IMG/VR virus record: IMGVR_UViG_3300031857_000009
Origin: a virus
Lineage: Duplodnaviria; Heunggongvirae; Uroviricota; Caudoviricetes
Reading direction: 5' to 3' (one strand)
Length of the DNA: 64,000 bases
Under the pieces are notes generated by a model, which saw only the letters and a program-made list of their open reading frames with translations, was not told the origin of the DNA and did not search any database. Made by a program: the position numbers and the translations under genes. Numbering within the stretch: the first letter of the stretch is position 1; each line of letters begins with the position of its first letter. This document shows positions 27,841 through 37,543 of the stretch, piece by piece.

Positions 27841-27898
27841 TTTTTATGATTTACATACAAATATATTACTAGTATTTGAGATATCCAAATTTTTTTTC

Positions 27899-27924
27899 AA
27901 AAAAAAGAGGGACCGAAATCCCTC
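27899..27924 (-). terminator. rho-independent terminator (minus strand)
   Basis: A-run then GAGGGACCGAAATCCCTC on the plus strand. Confidence 0.55.
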
Positions 27925-27949
27925 CTTACAAATTTAGATTTGATTGTAA

Positions 27950-28990
27950 TTAAATTCTCCTCAAGGTGGCATTTTCATTGTCATAGGTTCCTCGTAAGAT
28001 TTCTCTCGGTCCTTCCGACATCATTCCACTTGTCTCGTACGCCCTTTCTTCCACAACCGCTTCAACATCACGTTCAACTACCCATTCTCTCTCTTCTCTT
28101 ATATCCACATTTCTCATATCCATATCAGCTTCACCCATTGGGGATTCCATATCCGTTGGTTCTGGTAGTACCTCCATTTTGGTAAACTCTTTCAGTAACA
28201 CATCCTCTTTGATTCTATCTTCTTCAGTCAACAAAGAGTTGTTGGTTACTGGGTTTTCACTAACTTCATTTTTAATGACACCCAATATAAAATCAGGTAA
28301 ACCACTTTCTAATGAATCGATACGAGAATCAATTTGATTCCAAAAAGAAAATTCAGGGTCTGAGTCGAGTGATTTAAAGCAACCAACTTTTAATCCTGTT
28401 AATTTATTAATCACATAAATAAGGATACCTCTTTTGGAGTATCTTAGGAAATAATCCGGGTTATTCTCAGACGACGTACACCATTTTGTTGATGACCCAT
28501 ATTTCTTTGAGGCGTAAAACGTTAAAGGTCTTAAAACAATCCACTCATCTGAAGTGAACAATGTGTGAATTTGTTTTTCCAAATCTTTCTCGAAAGCTTT
28601 AATCTCAGCGAGACTAGTCGCCGTCATTACATCGTCAAAAGATTTAAATTTAGATAAGTCATTATCTTGAATCAATCCTCTTTCATTGTAATCACAAAAT
28701 TTTTGGAATGTTTTTAAATCTGAAAAATTAAAACTCTGTTCCAAAAATCTGTAAGAGCTAAAAATTTGAAATGGGGTCATTCCTTTAAAGTGGTCATCTG
28801 TAATTCCAAATTCTCTTTTTAGATTCTCACGAACTTCATTGACGTACATGTCTAAATGTTTCGTGTTTTTTGAAAGTCGAATTAAAAATTCGATGTACTT
28901 AGATTTACCCTCAGGGCAAAAGATTTGAAAGACATCAACCATATTTATGTTGTTGTCAGGATTTTGTTTTAGTTCTTTGATTCGTGACAT
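27950..28990 (-). CDS. hypothetical protein with acidic, GC-richer C-terminal tail
   Basis: 346 aa ORF. The last ~90 aa are rich in Glu/Asp/Met and are encoded by a locally GC-richer stretch at 27950-28230. Confidence 0.5.
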   Translation of the reverse strand: MSRIKELKQNPDNNINMVDVFQIFCPEGKSKYIEFLIRLSKNTKHLDMYVNEVRENLKREFGITDDHFKGMTPFQIFSSYRFLEQSFNFSDLKTFQKFCDYNERGLIQDNDLSKFKSFDDVMTATSLAEIKAFEKDLEKQIHTLFTSDEWIVLRPLTFYASKKYGSSTKWCTSSENNPDYFLRYSKRGILIYVINKLTGLKVGCFKSLDSDPEFSFWNQIDSRIDSLESGLPDFILGVIKNEVSENPVTNNSLLTEEDRIKEDVLLKEFTKMEVLPEPTDMESPMGEADMDMRNVDIREEREWVVERDVEAVVEERAYETSGMMSEGPREILRGTYDNENATLRRI

Positions 28991-29009
28991 ATTGTTTTAA
29001 TTTAGTTTA

Positions 29010-29678
29010 TTAATAAAATTTACGTAACATTTGAACCACGTCCCAAGCGTCCTCAAGAGCGGTGTGAGCGACTTCTCCGTCAATTCCAGCACGTTCTTTA
29101 CATTTTTTAAGACTTGGAATTGCGTTATCCTCATCCCATATACAATACAAAACGGAAGGGTCAATAATTCTTTGTCTGATTTTTATGAGTTTTTTCCACC
29201 ACGGTAATTCTTCCAAGAACAATTTATCAAAGGTTCCAAAATTTTTACCGGCAACATTAATTGTAAGTGATGGTGTGTGATTGTTAAAAGCCGGTATCAT
29301 TGTTCCATTGACATTTCTAACATGATTATTTAGAAATGATGAATTTGGGTAGATACCATTTAAGAATAAAAAGTCATAGAATTTTTGTGCCAGTTCATTT
29401 TCTTCCAAAAATACATAATCACTATGATGTTCCAAGTTTGCCCTATCCTCTTCGTTACCTTCTTTATATTCACCAATTAATGATATGATTTCTTTGTTCA
29501 TGGAAATCGCTCTCGGTGAACCGGTAATTTGGTTTTGAAGTACGATGGCGTTAAACTTTGGTAATTTCTCGTATGGTAATTTATTAGTGGTGTCTTCTAT
29601 GATAGCACCAAAAGACAACACACTATTGTTTAACGGTTCGAGACCTGAAGTCTCAATGTCTATTGATACATATATCAT
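29010..29678 (-). CDS. DEDDh 3'-5' exonuclease (DnaQ/oligoribonuclease-like)
   Basis: Exo I VSIDIETSG and C-terminal HTALEDAWD (H-x4-D). Confidence 0.65.
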   Translation of the reverse strand: MIYVSIDIETSGLEPLNNSVLSFGAIIEDTTNKLPYEKLPKFNAIVLQNQITGSPRAISMNKEIISLIGEYKEGNEEDRANLEHHSDYVFLEENELAQKFYDFLFLNGIYPNSSFLNNHVRNVNGTMIPAFNNHTPSLTINVAGKNFGTFDKLFLEELPWWKKLIKIRQRIIDPSVLYCIWDEDNAIPSLKKCKERAGIDGEVAHTALEDAWDVVQMLRKFY

Positions 29679-29866
29679 CGGTCAAGTGCTTTTACAACTA
29701 CAACAATCATGATGACAATAAAGATGAGGGCAAACCCACCCCATAGTGGTGCGGTCACCCACCACCACGACCAATCAATAACACCAGTAAGTTTAAGTGT
29801 CATAAAAATTAAAAACATCAGACCGAAGAATCCCACTCCTCCTGATGACGAACTATTTTCTGCCAT
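29675..29866 (-). CDS. small membrane protein
   Basis: 63 aa with two hydrophobic helices and Trp-rich. Confidence 0.4.
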   Translation of the reverse strand: MAENSSSSGGVGFFGLMFLIFMTLKLTGVIDWSWWWVTAPLWGGFALIFIVIMIVVVVKALDR

Positions 29867-30345
29867 TAGTGTAAATTATATTTTTCTTTTAATATTTTGA
29901 TTGTTTCTTCCGCGGAAGTATGAAGAATACCTTCACCACCGTTTTCATTCCAACCGTCTATAGTATCTTTCCTATCGTCGATTAATATTGTGTATGGAGC
30001 CGCGAAATCTTTTTTATGTTTAGCACTTCTTAATATTAAAGCAACACCGGGTAACTCCCTGTTTACCCATTCCATTTTCCCAATACGGGATTCAACTTGT
30101 CTTGATGGTGCAGATAAAAGGGTTGGATTATACTTGGAAATGTGTTCCCACAAAATGTGACCGTCAGGTTCAATCCATTTCAAATTGACCCAAAAATCAT
30201 ATCCCGCCTTTTCTATTGGTGCCCAAAATTGTGAGTCGTTACGATGTTCGTCTTTGTTCAAATCAATACCAGTAAGGTCTTTATAACCTTGGTTGAAATC
30301 TATTAAGACCCCATCTAAATCACAAAAAATAGTATACTTTGTCAT
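29866..30345 (-). CDS. HAD-family 5'(3')-deoxyribonucleotidase-like phosphatase
   Basis: FCDLDGVL motif I, IDDR motif. Confidence 0.55.
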   Translation of the reverse strand: MTKYTIFCDLDGVLIDFNQGYKDLTGIDLNKDEHRNDSQFWAPIEKAGYDFWVNLKWIEPDGHILWEHISKYNPTLLSAPSRQVESRIGKMEWVNRELPGVALILRSAKHKKDFAAPYTILIDDRKDTIDGWNENGGEGILHTSAEETIKILKEKYNLH

Positions 30346-30409
30346 TTGAAATACTTCTATGACAAGTATAAGAATAAATTTTTAAAATAAAAAATTTTAA
30401 AGAGTAATT

Positions 30410-30748
30410 TTAATAATCATCATTGTCAGAATCCTCAACAAAATCATTGTAGTAGGTGTCTTCCTCTTCTTCTGTGAGTTCTTCCCCCTCGAATTCATCT
30501 ATCTCCAATTCAGCGTACAAGGCCTCGTAGACCATATCTTCTGTTAACCAAGTTGGTAATTCATCAACTTCGTTGTTTGGTTCATATGATTTAATATCAA
30601 CCTCATTGTTATCCATAAATAAATTATCATCTTCATCTGAATCATCTTTATTTATGTATTCATAGGTTACGAATAATTCAAATTCCTCGTCAGTGTCTGG
30701 ATGAAAAACAGTAATTACTCGAGTATTTAATCCTTTTTTGTTTGCCAT
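30410..30748 (-). CDS. highly acidic protein (candidate DNA mimic)
   Basis: 112 aa and roughly 35% Asp+Glu, e.g. DDSDEDDNLFMDNNEVD...EEEEDTYYNDFVEDSDNDDY. Confidence 0.5.
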   Translation of the reverse strand: MANKKGLNTRVITVFHPDTDEEFELFVTYEYINKDDSDEDDNLFMDNNEVDIKSYEPNNEVDELPTWLTEDMVYEALYAELEIDEFEGEELTEEEEDTYYNDFVEDSDNDDY

Positions 30749-30774
30749 TTTAATTATGAAATATTTATTATTAT

Positions 30775-31275
30775 ATGTTTAAGTATATATCTGAAATATT
30801 ATCAAAATTCACACAGAGACAAAGAATTGTTGCTCTGTCAATTTTGTTATTTTCAATTATAATTATCTCGGTTGGACCCAAAATCACTGAGTCTTTAACA
30901 TATAATGACGAAGAACTGAAATTAAGGATAGAATCCCAAAACAATCAGATTGTACAACTAAACAATAGAATTGATGAGTTAAACAACCAAGTAATAGAAA
31001 ATCAAAGAGAGTGTACCAATGAAATGGTTAAAAGGGAAAATGAGATATTAACTATTATAAGTGATATTGAAAACTATACCAATAAAATGAAAAACGAGAC
31101 AAGAGTAGTAAACTCAATGTCTCGTAAAACCTATAATATTAATGATGATAGTTCCGTAAGAGTGATGGCGATGCTTCCTGAATCATCTAACACCACCACT
31201 ATTATTAATAATAAAAGGGATGAGAAATTAATTGGGATGATAAGGAACTTGAAGAAAAAAGTTAAGGACCAATAA
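30775..31275 (+). CDS. membrane-anchored coiled-coil protein
   Basis: N-terminal TM segment then heptad-like NNRIDELNNQVIEN repeats. It is a plus-strand gene inside the minus block with no competing minus ORF. Confidence 0.45.
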   Translation: MFKYISEILSKFTQRQRIVALSILLFSIIIISVGPKITESLTYNDEELKLRIESQNNQIVQLNNRIDELNNQVIENQRECTNEMVKRENEILTIISDIENYTNKMKNETRVVNSMSRKTYNINDDSSVRVMAMLPESSNTTTIINNKRDEKLIGMIRNLKKKVKDQ

Positions 31276-31276
31276 T

Positions 31277-31510
31277 TTACTTGGTTGCAATTATTTCACC
31301 GGTTTCAACATCAGTTACGTATATTTTTCCATCGTCACCTTTACCAATAGCCACAGTTCTTTTTAATTCTTGTTCATCTTCGTACTCCTGAGCACCTGGT
31401 AATTCCTCGGGCTGTGCTTGAGTATCGAAATCATCAAACTCAGCTTCGTTGATTGTTCTTTTTACAATATTTTCTAAATCTTTGATTGATAATTTAACTA
31501 CTTTTTTCAT
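31277..31510 (-). CDS. hypothetical protein
   Basis: 77 aa ORF. Confidence 0.4.
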   Translation of the reverse strand: MKKVVKLSIKDLENIVKRTINEAEFDDFDTQAQPEELPGAQEYEDEQELKRTVAIGKGDDGKIYVTDVETGEIIATK

Positions 31511-31543
31511 TTTTTCTTTTATCTATAAATATCGTATGTAAAC

Positions 31544-31577
31544 AAAAAACCCCTCTTTCGAGGGGTTCTTTTTATTT
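31544..31577 (-). terminator. bidirectional-looking rho-independent terminator
   Basis: AAAAAA, then CCCCTCTTTCGAGGGG, then TTCTTTTTATTT. Confidence 0.6.
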
Positions 31578-32423
31578 AATACCTATCATCGTATTATTTT
31601 TGTCACCTAACATGGTTTCGGGTAACTTCCCATTCCATTTATTAATCCATTCAAGTTGTAGGAGTAAAGGTGTAATTGTTTGTTGTTTCATCCGATTGGC
31701 TTCGGATTCCGCTTTAGCCGCGGTCAACATTGCTTGAGCATTACCATTGGCGGTTGCAATTTTAATCTTGGCTTGAGCTTCCGCAGTTTTTACCTCATTT
31801 TCCGCCCTTAACGCTGCTTGGACCGCATTGTTCTTGGCTTCAATGGACTTCTTAAATGTCTCAGGGTAAATCAAATTTGAGGTGAATTGGTTTATCACAA
31901 ACCCTTCTTTTAAAAGTTGACTTTCCAATAGTTTACGAACCTCAACTTCAAACACCGCCCTATTCGAGATTAGTTCATCAGCAGTGTACTTATTTGTTGC
32001 TAAACGAAACGCGTCATATACTGCGGTCTTTAAAAATCCCTCCTCAATTTCAGGTAATGACCTACGATACTTTGAAAATATTGTGGGTACTTTTTCTCTT
32101 TGAACCGAATAGTTCATAATTGGGGATACTTGAAACTCAGAACCGTCTTTTGAGTTTACAACAAATGAATTATCAGATTCCTCAGTTTTCTTATACTCTT
32201 TGTGTTGAATATAGGTTGGGAATTCATAAATCTTTGTTGTGAAGGGGTTGTAGAATACCATACCTGTACATTCGGTGACATCATCAACACCCTTTCCATC
32301 ACCATATAGATTTACTTTTACACCGACGTGACCGGCGTCAATTCTCTCACAAGAGAAAAACAATAAGGTTAGGATAATGAATCCTAAAATTCCGAAAATT
32401 AATCGTTTCAAAAATGGTTCCAT
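31572..32423 (-). CDS. SPFH/band-7 (stomatin/prohibitin-like) domain protein
   Basis: N-terminal TM segment, IDAGHVGVKV, and an alanine-rich coiled-coil region (AEAQAKIKIATANGNAQAM). Confidence 0.65.
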   Translation of the reverse strand: MEPFLKRLIFGILGFIILTLLFFSCERIDAGHVGVKVNLYGDGKGVDDVTECTGMVFYNPFTTKIYEFPTYIQHKEYKKTEESDNSFVVNSKDGSEFQVSPIMNYSVQREKVPTIFSKYRRSLPEIEEGFLKTAVYDAFRLATNKYTADELISNRAVFEVEVRKLLESQLLKEGFVINQFTSNLIYPETFKKSIEAKNNAVQAALRAENEVKTAEAQAKIKIATANGNAQAMLTAAKAESEANRMKQQTITPLLLQLEWINKWNGKLPETMLGDKNNTMIGIK

Positions 32424-32426
32424 AAT

Positions 32427-32771
32427 TTATTTAGTTTGTTTTTTAATTTTAATTGTTGTTTTAGATTTTCTTTCTTTTTTGGTAACTTTCTTTGGATTAT
32501 AATCCAATTCCGTCTCAGGTGTTTTATTTGGGTCCGGTGTGAAGAGTTCAAAAGGTTCATCATTAAAGTACATAAACCTAATATAAAAAACCGCAAACAT
32601 TGCCGTACCCACCGAAAAAATCGCTGAGATTATGTTGATTATCGTATTTGCAACGGTTAATCCAGGAAAGATTAAAAATTGATAAGAAATTCCAATGAAG
32701 AAAAATACCAAAAAGGTAATCGTTGTTTTGGATTTTATAATATTGGTGAAGATTTTGTTTAACATGTTCAT
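32427..32771 (-). CDS. membrane protein, probable SPFH partner (NfeD-like role)
   Basis: Two TM helices and a basic C-terminus. The stop is 4 nt from the SPFH gene start. Confidence 0.4.
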   Translation of the reverse strand: MNMLNKIFTNIIKSKTTITFLVFFFIGISYQFLIFPGLTVANTIINIISAIFSVGTAMFAVFYIRFMYFNDEPFELFTPDPNKTPETELDYNPKKVTKKERKSKTTIKIKKQTK

Positions 32772-32809
32772 TAATTAAATTATATGAAATATTTTTTAAA
32801 GTAAAAAAT

Positions 32810-33481
32810 TTAACCTACAACATTTTTCATGTCGTCATTGTGATGGTCTATATCCCCCAATTCAGAACCAATCGGAACCTTCAACATTGGATTTAAAACC
32901 TCATGTACAAAGTCATATGGTCTGAACTCAGGGTGTCCATCCATACCAACATCCATTCTTCTCCCACCACTAACTTTTAAGTGGTTAGGTAAATGACAGT
33001 GTCCGTGTAAATGGATTCTACCCTTTCTCAGATTGTTCCACGAACTGATAGGATAATGTAACATCTCGAATGAATGCCCTTGGTATTCAAGTCTATTGTA
33101 ATGACTTACACTGGTAAATAAACTCTGACAATTCTCACGGTTTCTTTCAATGTGATGGTCATGGTTACCCAATAGGATGTGAATCTCTTGACAAACGATT
33201 CTATGTCTGAATTCCGCTATATTATCAAACCCACCGAATGACCAATCACCCAAGTGAATCAAAACATCATCCTGTCCAACAACCTCATTGATGTTGTTTA
33301 CAATCGCGGCGTTCATCTTATCAAGAGTTGCGAAGTCTCTCGTTTGATTAACGGGAATACTACCGTCAGGCATTCTCCAATTAGTAATTCCTCTACATAT
33401 ATTAGTATGTGAGTAATGCGTGTCAGACGTTATCCAAACTTTTCTATTGTTATCTATTCTTAACATATTAACTAAAATCAA
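32810..33481 (-). CDS. calcineurin-like metallophosphoesterase
   Basis: WITSDTHYSH, HLGDWSFGG, GNHDHH and HGHCH motifs. Confidence 0.6.
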   Translation of the reverse strand: MILVNMLRIDNNRKVWITSDTHYSHTNICRGITNWRMPDGSIPVNQTRDFATLDKMNAAIVNNINEVVGQDDVLIHLGDWSFGGFDNIAEFRHRIVCQEIHILLGNHDHHIERNRENCQSLFTSVSHYNRLEYQGHSFEMLHYPISSWNNLRKGRIHLHGHCHLPNHLKVSGGRRMDVGMDGHPEFRPYDFVHEVLNPMLKVPIGSELGDIDHHNDDMKNVVG

Positions 33482-33974
33482 CTGATGTACTCACACGAAG
33501 TCCATCGATTATTAAATCATCATATTTTTCGTTGTCCATCCAAAACATTCCGTGGCCTTTCGACCTTTGGTCTCTCCTGTATTCTTCATTTACAACCCAA
33601 CCATCTGGTTGACCCCACTCAAGAGCCATGGTGATAAACTCTTCAACATTCCATTCTTCACCATATTCATCCACAATTCTTCCTGAACGAATAAATGAAA
33701 GTAGTTCTTCTTTATTTGAATAATGTTTATTATTATGAAAATTCCAACAAAACTTCCACCCACCACTTCTTTTACCTAAATGAATTGATGTACCATCTCT
33801 GAATATGTCCCAAGGGCTAACTATCTCCCAAGATTCTTTAAATGGGTCAATAAAGGGAAATCCACGTTCAATATCACTAGGTGACATTGTCATCTTTTCT
33901 ATATCTCTTTGGAGACGTGATTTACGTGACTCCATTTCCTCTGCGGTCGGTATACGATAATAATTTGTACCCAT
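33468..33974 (-). CDS. hypothetical protein
   Basis: The track starts at a TTG at 33995. The first ATG (MGTNYYRIP) is at 33974, about 20 nt downstream of a perfect minus-strand promoter. Confidence 0.45.
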   Translation of the reverse strand: MGTNYYRIPTAEEMESRKSRLQRDIEKMTMSPSDIERGFPFIDPFKESWEIVSPWDIFRDGTSIHLGKRSGGWKFCWNFHNNKHYSNKEELLSFIRSGRIVDEYGEEWNVEEFITMALEWGQPDGWVVNEEYRRDQRSKGHGMFWMDNEKYDDLIIDGLRVSTSVDFS

Positions 33975-33992
33975 TTTAAAATTAATATGGGC

Positions 33993-34024
33993 CAAATATA
34001 TGAAATAATTTTGGATATACCAAA
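33993..34024 (-). promoter_or_regulatory. Bacteroidota-type promoter (minus strand)
   Basis: The reverse complement reads TTTG-gtatatccaaaattatttca-TATATTTG, an exact TTTG-N20-TAnnTTTG. Confidence 0.55.
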
Positions 34025-34032
34025 ATATTGCA

Positions 34033-34058
34033 AAAAAAAATCCCGATTTCTCGGGATT
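34033..34058 (-). terminator. rho-independent terminator (minus strand)
   Basis: AAAAAAAAA then ATCCCGATTTCTCGGGAT on the plus strand. Confidence 0.6.
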
Positions 34059-34073
34059 TAATTTGGTTTTAAT

Positions 34074-35267
34074 TTATTTGACCACTTTTTGAACTATTCG
34101 ACTCACCAATTTATTTTTTATTGATTCGTTAAGTTCATTTTGGTTTGGACCCCCAACTTGGTATCTTTTTACTGTTGCGCTTTTAAGATTGTCTTTTGGA
34201 TTTAATGATAAAATCTGTGTTTTTAAATCATTAATAACTTCCATTAACGCATCCACAACTTGTTTATCGTTCATTACCGTATAATTATCATTGAATGTTG
34301 TTCCAGGTCTAAGTTGTGCGGTTGCAGATGATTGAATTAATTTATCATCGAGAAACCCACCTTTTAATCCACTTTCGCTTTCAAGTTTTTTACCTAACTT
34401 GGTTTGAGCTCTAGCGGTCCACGCAAAACTATTTTCACCAATTAATTCTCCTTTAAGTTCAAAATCCATTCTAACTGTAACGTCTATGTTTTTTTCCTCA
34501 AGACCATATGCGTCTAACATATATTTTGGTGTTTTACCAGCATATTGTTTCAACATTTTTTTGTCTGCTCTCCAGTTATTGTAATTTTTATTGTACTGAC
34601 GAGCCATATAAAATGTTTTCATTTCATCAGTATCTTTACCCTGAACTCGAGCCACTGCCGATAATAAAAAATCCCTTACTGTTGGGTAAGCATTATAGTT
34701 ATGTGTTGAGTATTCAATTAATTGATTTGTAAATTTACCATATTGGTCGACATTCTTTCTATCTCTAGCAACCACAGCAGGAATACTTCTTTTGTTAAGT
34801 TCTTGAACAAACGATTCGTCTTCAAAAGTATTTGCAATGATTGTGAATAGTCTTCTCTTAATTGTTTCTTGTTCTTTATATGTGTCACCTGTGGGTTTAT
34901 ATCCACCCTCAACATATTTTTCAATAGGTCTATGGTACTTTCCTCTCTTACAAGCGGCTAATTGTGGTTCTAAATTGTGGAGTTCTTTGATTTTTTCTAA
35001 GAATTCTTTGTTTGCATTTTTAAACGCTTCAAGTTCCTGACAATCTAATGGTACCACTAATATCTCACCACCCTCTTGTAAGGTGGGGTTTGCAATCCAA
35101 TAATCAGGGATATCTGTGTCATTATCTTCTTTGAAGAAAGGTTTATATTTTACTAGTTTACCTTTGTCATCCCTGACACCCTTTTGTTTGTATGCCATTT
35201 CCTCCACATCAGAGATATAAGATTCAGAAATGATACGTCTTAAATATTTTTCGGTTAATTTATCCAT
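34074..35267 (-). CDS. hypothetical protein
   Basis: 397 aa ORF with its own terminator. No motif recognised. Confidence 0.5.
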   Translation of the reverse strand: MDKLTEKYLRRIISESYISDVEEMAYKQKGVRDDKGKLVKYKPFFKEDNDTDIPDYWIANPTLQEGGEILVVPLDCQELEAFKNANKEFLEKIKELHNLEPQLAACKRGKYHRPIEKYVEGGYKPTGDTYKEQETIKRRLFTIIANTFEDESFVQELNKRSIPAVVARDRKNVDQYGKFTNQLIEYSTHNYNAYPTVRDFLLSAVARVQGKDTDEMKTFYMARQYNKNYNNWRADKKMLKQYAGKTPKYMLDAYGLEEKNIDVTVRMDFELKGELIGENSFAWTARAQTKLGKKLESESGLKGGFLDDKLIQSSATAQLRPGTTFNDNYTVMNDKQVVDALMEVINDLKTQILSLNPKDNLKSATVKRYQVGGPNQNELNESIKNKLVSRIVQKVVK

Positions 35268-35310
35268 AGAAATAATTCTTTACATATAAATACAACCAAA
35301 AACAGAATTG

Positions 35311-35535
35311 TTAATACTTATCGGACAATCTTCTGACTTTTTCACCCAATTCCATATCGTTTGGTGTATCCCTAATTAAATCAATTGGAACACATAAGTT
35401 TTTAGTCTCATCGGAACGATTACATTTCTCACACAATTGACCTAATCCCTCAACGTAACCGTATCTCAAATCAATATGAGTTTCAAATTCATATGGTGTC
35501 TCAACACCACAAATTACACAGGTATCTTTTGCCAT
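35311..35535 (-). CDS. small zinc-ribbon protein
   Basis: CVICG...CEKCNRSD. Confidence 0.4.
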   Translation of the reverse strand: MAKDTCVICGVETPYEFETHIDLRYGYVEGLGQLCEKCNRSDETKNLCVPIDLIRDTPNDMELGEKVRRLSDKY

Positions 35536-35590
35536 AACTTTTTGTTTTATGAAAAGATATGAAAGAAAAAGAAAAAGTAAAATTAATTTT

Positions 35591-36919
35591 TTACGCTAAA
35601 GATTTGATTTTTGGACTGGCACCTCTTTCGTAACCATCTACAACTTTGGCAACCAAAGTACCAGTACCCCAAGTCTTAAGTGATTCACACTTAGCAATTT
35701 CCGCAGCACCAATATCATTTACCAAACCATCAACAATACAAGTATAAAGACCATTTCTCAATGTTTTGATGGTTGCTTTCATACCGTCTTCTAAAGATTT
35801 GTAATTTTTAACACCAACACTATTTGCGTTAGTGGAACCCGGTAAATCCCATGTGGTATTAAATGGATTATATTTTCCACCCGAACCTTCTGACTGTCTC
35901 CAAGCGTATAAGAATTTTAAGTTTTCCTCACTTTCGGGTGCACCTAAATTTTCAAGTAGTTTTTTATAAAAATTGATGTCCGTTAAACCGTCAACATTGA
36001 TTTGTGAATTTTTAGCCGCTTGGTCAAGGTATTGTTTTAACTCTTCGGATTTAACACCTTTAGCTTTTAATAATTCCAATAACTTATTTAACATTTCAGG
36101 TGTGGCATTTTCAGAAGTACCACTACTAGAAGATGATTTACCACCATATTGTAAATGAAAATGACCACCAGTTGCGGCTTTGGTTGGATTGGTGTATTCA
36201 TCTATGTATGAAAAATTACCATCACTACTTTTTGTTGAGTTGAGTAATTTTATAAAATCGGAAGCGTTTTTTGAATTATATGGATTTAAAACCAAATCAA
36301 TTGCATTTCCTTTGGTGTGTTGACTTACGTAATTTAAATTATGGTGGAATTTATCGTTACCTGCGGTTATGGTAACCTCAACATCAGGATTACTTTGACT
36401 GTACTTGTCAAGAATTTGACTAACAATATCTGTGAGTTTGTCATTAATAGAACCACCACTGGTTAACTCATTACCTTTTTCGGTGTAACCTAAATCATCT
36501 AATTTATCTCTTAATGAATCGGCACTTTCTTTGATTACAGAATTATCTGATTTGAATTTTCTAACAGCACTTGCGGTTTCAGGACCAAATAAACCATCAA
36601 CACCAAATTTAGGTAACTCATAACCCAAGAGTATTAAACCAATTTGCATAGTTTCGACACCTTTTTGATATTCCATAGAACCTCTTGGTTGTTCTGATAA
36701 CCCACCCTGAGCTGCGGTATCTTCTAATGTCTTATAAAATTCTGCAACGTCAGGTGAAACTAAGTCCGCCTTTTTGGGGTCGTCTATTTTTTTTTCGTCT
36801 TTTTTACCTAACCCAATTTTACCCAATAAATCATCGATAAAATTTTCATTTACCATTGATTTACCGTAGGTAATTTCATGGATTCGTTGTAATTCTTCTT
36901 GTAGTGTGGGTTTTTTCAT
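35591..36919 (-). CDS. peptidoglycan-binding domain + peptidase M15 (VanY/L-Ala-D-Glu peptidase-like) cell-wall hydrolase (endolysin candidate)
   Basis: PG_binding_1-like GLFGPETASAVRKFK in the N-terminal third. SQHTKGNAIDLV (SxHxxGxAxD) and GGHFHLQ (HxH) are zinc-ligand motifs of the M15 family. Confidence 0.6.
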   Translation of the reverse strand: MKKPTLQEELQRIHEITYGKSMVNENFIDDLLGKIGLGKKDEKKIDDPKKADLVSPDVAEFYKTLEDTAAQGGLSEQPRGSMEYQKGVETMQIGLILLGYELPKFGVDGLFGPETASAVRKFKSDNSVIKESADSLRDKLDDLGYTEKGNELTSGGSINDKLTDIVSQILDKYSQSNPDVEVTITAGNDKFHHNLNYVSQHTKGNAIDLVLNPYNSKNASDFIKLLNSTKSSDGNFSYIDEYTNPTKAATGGHFHLQYGGKSSSSSGTSENATPEMLNKLLELLKAKGVKSEELKQYLDQAAKNSQINVDGLTDINFYKKLLENLGAPESEENLKFLYAWRQSEGSGGKYNPFNTTWDLPGSTNANSVGVKNYKSLEDGMKATIKTLRNGLYTCIVDGLVNDIGAAEIAKCESLKTWGTGTLVAKVVDGYERGASPKIKSLA

Positions 36920-36970
36920 TAAAACAATTCTATACTTAAATAAATATCCCTACGTTTAGAAACGGTGTAA

Positions 36971-37543
36971 TTAAGTAAGGTAATCGATAATCTTTTGTTT
37001 TATACCAGATTGTTTGATACCTAAAGTAGATGATGGAGTTAATACAAAATTATCTAAACCCCAATCTTTCCAGTCCTCTCCATTTTTACCCATATCCAAA
37101 TCATCAACAGAAACCCAATGAGTAACTTCAGGGTGGTCGTGTAAAAATTGTTTAATCTCGATAACGCGAGTCATCTCCAAATCCCATCTCGGTGACCAAA
37201 CCCATACTTTATCATTATACCAATTACACTGACCTAAATTAGGTGTGAGAGCGATTGGTTTTTTAGAGATACCTTTTGATTCGTAGTATTCACCCATTTC
37301 TTCGAGATTTGCCCACCTCTTCCAATCAGATGACGTTACAATTTCCGCACCTGTTTTTTCGATGATTTGGTTTAATACCTTAACCGCTTTTTGATTGAAA
37401 TTATCAAATCGGTATTCTAGTGGCATTTCTGATGTTGTCATAGATAATTTACGACCACCCCATTTTTCTTGTTTCTTGAATCGACCACCCCATTCTGACG
37501 ACAAACAAATTACACCGTCGTGGTCTAAAAATATAACTTTCAT
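36971..37543 (-). CDS. HAD-like hydrolase
   Basis: IFLDHDGVI motif I and TSSDW motif II. Confidence 0.5.
   Translation of the reverse strand: MKVIFLDHDGVICLSSEWGGRFKKQEKWGGRKLSMTTSEMPLEYRFDNFNQKAVKVLNQIIEKTGAEIVTSSDWKRWANLEEMGEYYESKGISKKPIALTPNLGQCNWYNDKVWVWSPRWDLEMTRVIEIKQFLHDHPEVTHWVSVDDLDMGKNGEDWKDWGLDNFVLTPSSTLGIKQSGIKQKIIDYLT

Noticed and set aside
27940-28185. 81 aa plus-strand ORF rich in Pro/His/Leu
   Set aside because: It is a shadow ORF on the antisense of the well-supported 346 aa minus gene in a GC-richer stretch, and its sequence is low-complexity.
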